64,000 nt of DNA from the human T2T-CHM13v2.0 reference genome, Homo sapiens: NCBI RefSeq assembly GCF_009914755.1, contig NC_060940.1; one strand, written 5' to 3'. A program made the translations under genes and the position numbers. The notes under the pieces are model-generated. The model did not search any database, was not told the origin of the DNA, and saw only the letters and a list, made by a program, of their open reading frames with translations. Positions 51,707 through 64,000 of this stretch are shown here, in pieces. How positions within the stretch are numbered: position 1 is the stretch's first letter; every line of letters begins with the position of its first letter.

Positions 51707-53296
51707 CACACCTACCCTTCCATCTGAAAATCACCTTTCCGTGTTCCAGTGATGACAAAAGTGCTAAGCTACGTCAGGGGACATAAGCTGAAAGAAAAGG
51801 TGGGAACGGTCGGGGGACTGTCAGAGCAAACAAGAGGATTAGAGAAATCAGATGTTTCTAGGTTAGGCACTGATAGAAATGATTCAGGCCCCAGACTGGA
51901 CTAGGGACAACACTCCAGATGGGACCAGCCTGAAAACACAAGCCACAGCCATCATCAGCCCTCTGCCCACCCTGGGGAAGCCTTCCTGACCCCAGCCTCC
52001 CCAAGCCACAGTCACACCTACTGTCACACCTACAAAGTCACACCCACCAGTGTCTACCTCACTTAGCACTTCAGACCACAGGTCCCACATGGAAACATCA
52101 CCTGCCCATCTTCACTCCTACGCTTCAGTACGGAAAAGGACTTACCACAGGACGAACGACCATCCCACTGTCACTACCAAGTGTGCAGTAAATCTGTGCA
52201 CACAAGTGCTATTTTCATGTGTGTTGAAATACACATAGTCAATCATTTCAACAGCACTTATATCACTGTAGAGTCGAAGTTGGGGAAAAAATTTCTCTGG
52301 GCAGCGAGAAGTTTTTAGGGACATTGATTAGAGGAGGCTCAAGGAACTGGGGATATAGGGTGGGTCCACAGAACCATGGACCATGGTAGAGCTGGACTAC
52401 TGATGACCAGTGATCACCAGGGCATTAACACCAGAGCAAAGAGGCCGGGCTCGGCCAGGCCCACAGCTTTGGGAGGAAACGTGGAGGATGCCTCCCCCTA
52501 AGATGTGCTTTGGGCTCAAAGGATTGACTGGAGTTTGCCCCAGATGGGAGCAGCTTGAAATATTATTCCAGATTTGTTTCTAAAAGCCTAAAATTAAAAA
52601 AAATAATAAATCAAAAAAGGAAGAAAAATCACTACTCAATGATGCTAGAGCTATTAATAAACTCTGCAAGCAGGAACATTTGACTCAAGGGGAGGGGGTG
52701 CAAGCAACGAAAACTGGTGGGAAGCAGATGGGGTTGGGGGGAGAAAGTAGCTTTGGGCCAAGTGGTGACAGGGCCCAGGAGCCTGACTGAGGCTGCGGTG
52801 CAGGGACATAATTCTCAGCGTCTGAAAGCATGGCTCGGGGTTTCTAGGATAAACAGCAGAAATATTTCCTTTCACTTATAAATAGAAAGTGCCATTTTTT
52901 TCCACATGGAACGTCATCACTTCCATGTTCACAGTACGGAGGAGAGGAGAGTCCTGAGCAGACAGGGCAGGGACCAGAGAGAGATGCCCCAGCCAGATGT
53001 TACACTCTCAGGGTGGGGACCAACAGATACCAGGAAGAAGAGGGACAAGAGGCCTCCAAGGGGAGGCCAAGACCTCTGCAATCCACGAAGTGACTTTACA
53101 TGAAACAGGATTGCACATTCTATGCAAAGGTCACCCAATGTGGGTGACAGGGAGATACCCCGACAAGGGGCTCTTCATCAGCCACTCAACACCACGGCGA
53201 GTCTTCCAGAGAGAGTACTCTTGGGTTCTTGCAACGGCAAAAGTCCCAGTGTACTTCTGACTAGAGTTCCTACAGTATTAATATAATGGTGTCTAA

Positions 53297-53709
<413 letters not shown>

Positions 53710-55750
53710 TAACACACTGGCGGCCAGGTGAACTAGTTACGTGGCCAAGTTAAACAGCTTTTGCGTAGACTTTAGCATAAAACTTCTGCCATTTTCACTT
53801 AATGGAAGACTCTTCTGGGATTGCAAGGCAGGCTATTAAAACCAGTCCTGTTTGGAACTACTTCTGTATGAAAGAGGATTATACAGAAATTGTCTAAAAC
53901 AAAATATAGAAACAAAACAGAAGCTTAGTTGATACTATTTAACTACCTTCCACAATTCTTAATTTTGATCTGTTGATCAACTCTGTTTTGTTCTAATTTT
54001 TTAACTTAATAAGTAAATGTTAAAAATCTGAACTCCTAAAATAACTATAGTTTTCAAGCCTTTTGAAACATTGTTTATATACTAGGTCCAAATTCGTTTG
54101 CATTTTTTTTCTAAAAGAGGGCTCCGCTAATAAAATTTTACAAACCACCGCTCTATCTGATGTCTATTTCTAGATTAAAAGTGGAGCGCACTCCTCAGAG
54201 AGCCTCCCTTGAGAAACAGCACAGATAACTGAAACTTTCCAGGAAGAATTTAAGAACTTCACATCTCTTAAGTGGACAAAACACTCTCACATACATTTGA
54301 CTGGCTATTACTACTACACAGGCACAAAAAAGATAATGTCCCAAAATGGAGACAGCTGTGCAACAATGGATGATTTAAAAGTATTGCTTAAGTTGTATAT
54401 TTTCTTTTAAGTAAAAAATGAGGGAAGAGAAAGATCTCTTGATGACTCCTCATAGAAGCAAAACCAAGTTCCTTTTATAAAAAGTTTCCTTTTTTTAAAA
54501 AAAGAGGGAGAGGGGCTACTTCTGTTCTCTGTAATGTTGAATGCTCAAGAGTGGCAGTTGATAACCTAACCAGACAGAACGCTCCCCATGGTAGTTTTCT
54601 CCTCCAAAGAAAAGAGCTTAGAAGCTTTCTCTTTGGAACAGAAGAGTCCTCTATTCCTTTATTTGCTCACTAAGTCATTAGTTAAACTATCCGTTCATGC
54701 CTCCTAGGTTTCAGCCATTCTGGATCCAACTGGACAAGTGAGTCACAAGCCTGCCCTCATGGAACTTACCCTCCAGTAGATCCACTTTAGGTAACATAAG
54801 ATGGCTGTGTTATGTCCAGAGCTTTCTCATTGAACCATCACGTCAACATGTACTTGGACAAGAAAATCACCTCTTTGACTCTGTTTGCTCACCTGAGGGA
54901 TGACAAGGTTGACCCTGGGTGGTCTAACAGGGCCACCATGCTAAGGCTCTAAGTTGGACACCTTCAATACTATGAATAGCAGGAATTGTTAAAGAATTAA
55001 ACCCCACCCACTCTAAAAAGACTGTCTGATCCAGGCTTCCCTGAATCTTCACCTGGGTGATTATGATCAAGGTTCTTCTACTACCAAACACAATAAGAAA
55101 TCAAATCTTATCAGAATTGAGCTATAAATCTGTGAAGACTCCAATAATTTCTAGCCAAGGGAATAACACCACAAAAGTACTTTTTAAACTAATTACTCAG
55201 ATTCTGAAGTGCTGCCCTAATGAGCCTTCTTTCTGCCCAGAACTTACTAAGAGGAAAAACTACCTTCTGGTGCAGTAATTACTGCTTTCCCCTTCAAACT
55301 TCTAACTGGAGATCGATGCTGCATTTTAAGACCCATTGATTTACAATTAGCCTGGCTTTCCTGCTAAAGTGTTTTTTAAGCAGAGTTTACTTTTATTTTA
55401 TTTTGAAATCTCTGAGATCTGGTTCTTGGATTTTACATTCTCATGAGAGGAGACTGGAAATCTCAAAAGAGGAAGGTAGGCATTGGAAGAGAGGGCAGTA
55501 GAAGGATGCAAATCAGATTCAGGAGGGCGGGGAAGGAAGAAAAGGAAGTTGGTTTGGTCACAGAATTTTTTTTTTAAAAGCCAAAACTCATGCTGAAAGG
55601 GAGAGAATGAAGAAATCCAAAGAGAGGAAGCAGAAGGCTGAGCGGCAGGAGGAGAGAGCTAGGTGCACAGCCTAATAAAGTGTAGCTGCTGTCAAGGTGG
55701 CTGGAATAGCTCTTTATGGCCTCCGCTGTTTATTAGCATCCTTGAGAAGG

Positions 55751-55783
<33 letters not shown>

Positions 55784-58700
55784 GCTTTGTGCATCTTTGC
55801 AAAACAAAGCACTAGTTAAAAATAGTGTATGCAGCAGGGACAGTGTGCTAACATGAGGGTCCTGGCAGCTCCAGCATTTGCACAATCTGTCCCATGAGGA
55901 GAGCAGAAGTAAGCGAAGCAATTAAGAATTTCATGCTGATTGCTCTAAGCATGTTTTCTATGCCATAAAGATACTAGCATAAAGGATATGGCCTTGCTTC
56001 TCTCCCTCCCCTGCCTGCTAACTTTTGCCTTCTAGCTTTTGGACTTTTCCTTTTCTTTGCCTCCCATGTTTGAGGATTCGAGACAGTGGTTAGCCGGCCT
56101 GGCACCACTTTATGGAATCTGTCACTTCTATACCGAAAGAAATGGCGGTTGTGTGCGAGTCTCTCCCTGCCCTTGATCAAGAGCAAATCTGGAAGAGGAG
56201 ATATAAGCCAAGCTGCATTACTAAAGCCCTAAAGAGGGAAGGCTTAAAGAATGGGGAAACTCCCTCTGAGGCCTACAAATCCGGGCTCTCCAAGGCCCCT
56301 CCTGCCACTCCCATTCTGGCTCTTCACTATTTCTGGGTCCCAAGAACGACTGGCAGAAGATGGTCCTGGACAAATGAGAGCAAAAAGTAAAAATTCCCAA
56401 ACAATAAGGGGGGAGGGACAAACCACAAACTTTTTGCTTTTTTAAAAAATGTATTTTATAGCAAGATTGGATAGGCCAATTTCAAAGACTAATATGAAAA
56501 AAGTGCAATTAAATCCTTGAAAAACTGACAGATCAGCAAAACAAAACCACCCGGAGGAGAGCCCGATTGAGCCTCATTAAGAGGGAGTTCAGCCTGTTTT
56601 TAAAACCCTTCTTAACACTTAGCTGGGTACCTCCCAGCAGTGCGCACTCCCAATGCGGCTGGCATAATTAGTGTCAAAATGGAAAGAAAAAAAAAATCAA
56701 CCTAGGAAATAGAAATTAAAACACAAATTGGTGGGTGGGGGGGGGGGGTGTCAAATGGAAAAAACATTCCAAATTCAAACAACAAACTCCTATCAGTCCA
56801 TCTGAGGGCAATGGGGAGATAGCAAAATACTCTACTGTACGCAGAGATAAATACGTTCCAATTAAACAGAGAGAGGGCTGGGGCAGATTGAGAAGATTTA
56901 TGCTGCAATTCCCCATCTTCAACCTCTCCCTCTTCTCCCAAAATATATTCTACATTGTGGTCACGTCAACTCCACAAGGCTGGGGTTAATGGCCGATGGA
57001 TGGCAAATTGCACCAACCTCATCAATTATAACCATCATGCCTGACAATGGGGAAAATGAGATCTGGTGACAAATTTCCACACCTTCAGCCATCAAGATCC
57101 CCCAACGCTGGAGCGCGTGCACGCGTGTGAAACAGTGTGTGTGTGAGAGCATGAGTGAATGCATTACATATGAAACCACCAGCCTGTAATAAGGAGATAT
57201 GGAGCTGAGACCCATTATAGAAGGGCAGGCCACTAAGGAAGAAATACTCTGGAGATGGAAAAGATGGCAGGCAGATGAAGCCATTTTATTAAATCAGGCA
57301 AATTCTAATTCATTCTGCAGAGACAGAGGAACGAAAACGGATTCATTCTCAGTATATCCTCTGAGCCAGCTCTTATCACCTCAGCAGAGGGAGGAGTGAA
57401 AGAAAGGTTCCAAGATTCATCTGGAAATCGAGAGAAACCTTCCCCTTTAAAAAGCAAACATTAAAATATATCTATTTCAATACCCTGCACCAGGAATATG
57501 GAAAATAATGCTCGCGCCAGAGAAACGCAGGGGTCCTTCTCTGGCTTTCCAATTATTCCAGCACGTGAAGAAGCTTACAAATTTGACTCATTGCAATAGG
57601 AAATCAGAAAGGCAACTGCAGCCTAGATAAGTTGTTGACAAGGACTGACAAAAGGGATTGTGGAACATCTCCCCCAATGGCAAGAAACGCCAACTGCCAC
57701 CTTCCCCGTGGTGGGAACTTAAATGTCGATTTTCTAGTTGAAAACAGTGGAAAAGAAAGGCCGTGTATGAGAACACCAAGCACAGAGGTTGCCTTTCATT
57801 AACAAAAGGCGCTTGTGTTTAGACTGCAATTAGAAAACCAAGGTTTTAATTAAACAATTACATAAAAGTTAGTTTGGCTCCCTGTATAGTCCAACACTTC
57901 ACCAGCGCCTTGGGGTTAGTTTAGCAATGAGTGTTTAGAGCTCTGGCTGCTATGAAGGGGGGAAAGAAACTGATGACACAGCGTGCATGTAACTGTAAAG
58001 CTAGGCGCTGTACCTGTCTGTCTGCAGCTCCCCTGCCATGTTCTAGAACAAAGGAAAAGCCAATGAGACTGACAATGAGCACGCACGTGGTCAGACCACA
58101 AGCCATCAGTAACATCGTACTACTCATGGCTGAACAGAAGAGATTATTCAAAGTGTCATGCAAGACCTGGGGGGCTCACGAGGCTTCCGGTGTTCCCAAG
58201 TGAAGAGCTGCGTCTCTATCAAAGCACAGGCCAGGTGCAGCTAGCTTACTCTGTGCCTCTTTTAACTAAGAGGGATACGCAGGAGCTTAGATGCCTTCAA
58301 AATCCCAAACCACCTCTGGGAGGAGAAGAAAGCAATCTACTTTTTCACCTGCTGCTTTTACACCACCTGGAGACAGCTGCCCAGGGCAGACAGAGGTACG
58401 TGTAGGTCCAAGGGCTTAGATTCCTAGGGGAGACTTCAATGTCTAATCTTCCTAGCACATGGAAAACTCCTCTGTGGCTCCCAGCAATCATCAACCTCAA
58501 TGCTCAAGAGCTGCAAAATGAAGTGAAATTAGTTCTTCCCTATACACATCAGCTTTGAAGACAGAAGGTGGCCACCTTCTACTAAACCATGTTGCAGGAA
58601 CAGCCTGGGCCATCTCCACCCTTGGTGAAATGGATTGTGTCAAGTGAGTGGGGCCTGGCTTATAAATACAGACAGGAAGATTGATCAGTTTTCACTCCAC

Positions 58701-59204
58701 AGCACCCACCAAAAGTACACAGACCTCAAAAAGCAAGGCCATTCTGCCAGTAGGGCAGCCAGTAAGGAGAACTCCACACTGACACCCGCAGGTGATGCTT
58801 CAGATCACACCTCCACAGGAGCTAAATGCAGCCTTATGTTTCCACAATTCCACATTCCCCTGCCTTCCCACCTGCTTGGAATTCTTCCAGCTCTGAAAAG
58901 ACCCATGTCAAATGATAAAGAATCCAAGATGGGCAGCCAGTTGATACTGACCAATGGCCTCATACATTGCCTAGCACTGGACTATCTTCCTAGGCATTTC
59001 TGATCAAGTCACTGAAAGAAAACCTAAACAACAGAGCTAATTGGTTGGCAAGATGCTGTATTCTGTATAATACCCAAGGCTAACCAAATCACAAGGTAAT
59101 CAGTATTTGTTAGTTTTCATAGAGGACCAGCCCCATTTGGGTTTCACAAGGACAGGAAGTTCCTCCACCTACAGAGATAACAGAAAAATAAAAAATAAAG
59201 ACTA

Positions 59205-59541
<337 letters not shown>

Positions 59542-62236
59542 TTAACAAAAGCTGAGGAGTTATTTTTTCCCAACTTCAGGCTGCAGCCCTGCTAGGTTTG
59601 CAAAGAAATGGGAAATTTAAGGATAACTCTGAAGGTTGTATAATTCATGCCACTGGTTCTAAAAAGCAAAGTTGCCTTCCCCACCAAAATCCTTCATCTT
59701 TCAGACAAAGGCAGGGTTTTCTTGCCGTTTCCAACACCTGACAGTGTGAACTACCGGAGTAAGAGAGCAAGGACCAGGGCCCGCTGCTCCTCAGCCTGAA
59801 AGGCGGGGCAGCCAATCAGAACTAATCTCTGTGCTGGAAGTAAATTCAGTGTTCTCTTCCCTGATCTGGTGCGGCGGGGGGCTCTGACGGCAGGGGTGGG
59901 CTTGCTTCCCTTGGTGCCCCCATCCCATACCCTAAAAACTAACAAGGGCCTTTCTGGTCAACACCTCTCACCACAAGCAGCCGTGGAAGAAATTATTTTA
60001 GATCAAGCCCAAAATGAAATCCAAAGCAACGAGGCTGACTTTATGACTTATTTATTTATTTCTTCCTTCACGAACAGAAGGTTAATATAAGAGCAACTCC
60101 TTGGCAAACCTTTAAGGGTAATTCAAGCGACACTGATGTGAATCAATGTTCCCTTTGTGAACACATTACTTGGCAGAAACTGGCTTTTTGTAACCCCCTT
60201 AAACATAGCCGGCAAAACAAAAAGAGGGGGGAAAATGTCCTTCAAACAAAAGGATGAGGTGAAAATAAAGAGAGAGTCGACTGCACTTTATTCTCTTTCA
60301 TAGAAGCAAATGGATCTGGTGCTTTTATACATTAATCAATCAATATCACTGGCTGTACATCAGCAGGGTAGCCAAGTTATGAATGACCTTTCTGGCAAAG
60401 AGGACACTTTTAATGCTCATAAGACTGCTCATAGCTTAGCAACTTTCCGAATTTATGCCTGCATGATTACCCCTTGGAGGCGAGCAGCCGTGAGTGCTGC
60501 ACTAAATATGGCAAGGTTAGTCGTTTTCAATTTGTGCAGAGGGAGGAAGAGATGTGGACCTGGCTGCCCCATTTACGCACGAGCTGCCGCAACCTGGGCG
60601 ACACAGAGGGCAGAGCCCCAGGCCCTGCAGCGGGTCAGGGCTGGCCTCCCTTCTGGAAAGCCGGCCGGGTCTCCTGCTCAGCTTCAGGCCAAACCAAACA
60701 CGGCAGCTTCAGACAGCTCATCTAGAAAGCTGTGCCCAGCTCAACTTCGCTTTCTGTCTGCTTCTCACAATCAGATCCTGAGTTCCTCAAGCTGACAGCC
60801 AGGCCGGACTGGCCAGCACGGGGTATTCCCAGGCTCCCTCCACACCCTCTGCCCTCTGGCTTCTGTGCCTCTGAAAGCCCTCCCCACGTTGATTGGACTC
60901 CTCCAAGCAGGTCACAGCTTGATGTTTCCAAAAAGCAATGAGAACTTTCATCTTTGTTTTTTCTTTTTTTAAAGCAATCCACAGAAGGGCATTTCTACCG
61001 AAAAGATGACGCTCTCCAGAAACAGGCAGCCCACATAAACAAACTGTTGGGCCAATCCTCTTTCTTTTCCCCTGTCACCAACTCAGCCATTCTCTTCATG
61101 TCCAAAAGGCGAGAAAGTTCTCTGGATTCCATTCTTTGTGGGTGGAAATGGGGCAAAGGGTTGCCTGTGGGTCTGGATTTCTATGACAACCGCTATCGTC
61201 CCAGAGAGGCCGCAAGGGGGCAAGAGACAAAATCCCACCTCAGCCTTCTTCTCCCAACTCCTCTTTTACAGCCATGTTTAAAGTCTCTGGAAGTCTGGAA
61301 GAGATTCCCAACTTGGACATGTGGAAGTCCACTTATAAGGCCCCACTTTTTTCTGTCTCCCATAGAGGGAAATAAAGACGTTTAGGGATTTGAAATATAG
61401 CTTTAACTTCATATAAATTAGAACAGAAGAAACCACAGGCTAAAACTCATTGGCCCCACTGGAGTACAAGGAAAATTCAGCGCAGAAACGAGCTTTACTG
61501 AGACCATCCTTTAGTCTACAAGGAGTTGCCCAGTGAGGGGAGAATGCGGCAGGACATGGGTTAGAGGAAATGAACAGCTGGGTTGTGGTCACTTCTGGTA
61601 ATGGCCTTAAGAACACAATTGGGCCACTCCGTGTTCATATTTCTGAGATCAGAAGAGTTTACAGAAACAGGACTCCGCTCCAAGGTATCACTGATAGAAG
61701 CCCCCAGGCCGTAAGACAGGCTAGTTTACAGAAATGGAAGATAAATAACAATGAAAACAAGGAGAAGAGAAGCTTGTAAGGACACTATGCAGGCATCTCC
61801 GAAGGGGTGGCGAGTTCTTATTTCCGTGCCCCTCGACATGGTGGACGTTTGCAGCTCCTAGCCCAGCTGGGAAGTACAACACTCCCTCAGCGTTCCACAT
61901 ACTTAAATAAATAATCCTGGTCTCGTTACCGATTATATTTTAACAGATCCAGATTCCCATCTAGAAAAACGGCTTTCTGTTTAGAGCAGGGAGGAAAACA
62001 CAGAGCCCCCTCCAGCTGGTCCCCCTGCAGAGCTGGTTCTGGGATGGTGCCGCAGACACCCGCTTCCTGTTCCATCAGGCCTTGGTGGAACGGCTCTGTT
62101 TTCCCCCAGGAAGCTCCAAATCCACAAAGTCAACAATTCTTAAAAGCCTGCCCGCTTTCCCCCCTCTTTCCTTTCAGCGTTTAACAAATATCAAACGTGT
62201 GTCCCTCCAAACCACCTTCCAAATTTACAAACTTTT

Positions 62237-62529
<293 letters not shown>

Positions 62530-63532
62530 AAAATTTACAAACTTTTAGGTCCCCTTTGGAGCTGCCACCCTATGGACCGCCCTCACAGAACACAACACCT
62601 CAGGGAAGGGGTTGGCTAAATGCTCAGTCGTCTGTCCTTTCTCGATCTTTGCGCAAGCCTGGCTGTTCCTCTGACAGCTCTCAAAAATTCATCCCTGGTC
62701 TGACAGTTAAAAATAATGCATTTATTTTTTGTGTGCACAAAGGTGACTTTACAGCCTCCCAGGGTTTTCCCAAGTTACAGACACCACTTGCCACCACTTT
62801 TCTTCATCTTCTCTTACCTGGCCAACAGCAACGGGTCAGCAGATGCTTTTCTCACGCACCTTCCCTCTCCCATGCAAATGACTCCCTAACCCGCCATCCA
62901 CCTGGCAGACACCTGTGTCCCCTGTGCTGTGTTGACATCACCCTTCTGGAAGTGCTTGGTACCAACTGTCCCCTACAGCCACTGGGCTGTCTTGTCACAC
63001 ATTGCCATATGGCATGTCCTCGTTTTGCATATTTAAATCGCTATATCAAGAATATTAACAAAGAAAAAAGGGTATGAGATCTTCCCACTAAGCATCGGGT
63101 GGAAATTCTCACATTAGTAATAATGCAATGTGAACCCAACCCCCAGGATGGAGAAGCCACTCAGAAGCTGGCCGGCCATCCTGTTTTGGGTGCAGTCCCA
63201 GACACAAGGACAAGCCCTCCCTGGGAGGCGGGTTACTCCTCAGAGTCTGGAAAAAGAGACTGTTTCCCCATCCACGTGCACATTTCATTACACCAGTGAA
63301 TCCTGATACCTGGGTAATTTCAAGCTTTTACCAGAGCAAGAGAACACCCTAATACCCCCAAGGAAGCCCCAAACGCCTCCTGGAAAACCAGAGTCCAGGA
63401 ATGGAAAAATACATCAGAGAAAAATTCTATCTGAAAATGTGGAATTACCAACATGCAAAAGATGCCAGAACCAGAAAGCCTAACCTGAAGGTCCACATAT
63501 TTTGTAAAATTTGCACAAGAATAGATAGAACC

Positions 63533-63931
<399 letters not shown>

Positions 63932-64000
63932 TCAAGGGAAATCAATCATGTTAGGCCACTGCTGAATACCTCCAAGGGTTTCCCATAGCACTGAAACCCC

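Noticed and set aside
57560-58090. CACGTG E-boxes as circadian control elements
   Set aside because: Scattered single hexamers across the window, with no convincing clustering.

Overview
Primate (human-like) genomic DNA lying entirely inside the ZFHX3/ATBF1 zinc-finger homeobox gene, which runs on the minus strand. Five coding exons with canonical GT-AG boundaries can be read: 31670-31590 (81 nt), 13849-13716 (134 nt), 13588-13388 (201 nt), 1940-1838 (103 nt) and the first 525 nt of a large exon that runs off the left edge. They splice into one open frame ([13 protein letters not shown]...MYQCPYC...FICWKKGC...) containing five C2H2-type fingers; from memory these are exons 5-9 of the reference transcript. 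Everything else is intronic: about 17 Alus, MIR, L2, L1M and CR1/L3 relics, hAT MITEs (MER5A, MER3), a piggyBac MER85 MITE, a retroposed U7 snRNA copy, several local duplications and homeodomain-motif-dense putative enhancers. Almost all of the supplied ORFs are spurious or Alu-derived. I see no new gene system. The best leads are: an in-frame alternative 5' splice site and a NAGNAG acceptor on the 81-nt exon; a diverged duplication whose two copies each look like a cryptic exon; a CR1 endonuclease relic still readable as protein; a mosaic (possibly gene-converted) AluY; complementary Alu arm-recombination products; and a MER85 with an intact CSB-PGBD3 palindrome. Boundaries of old repeats are approximate and were read by eye.
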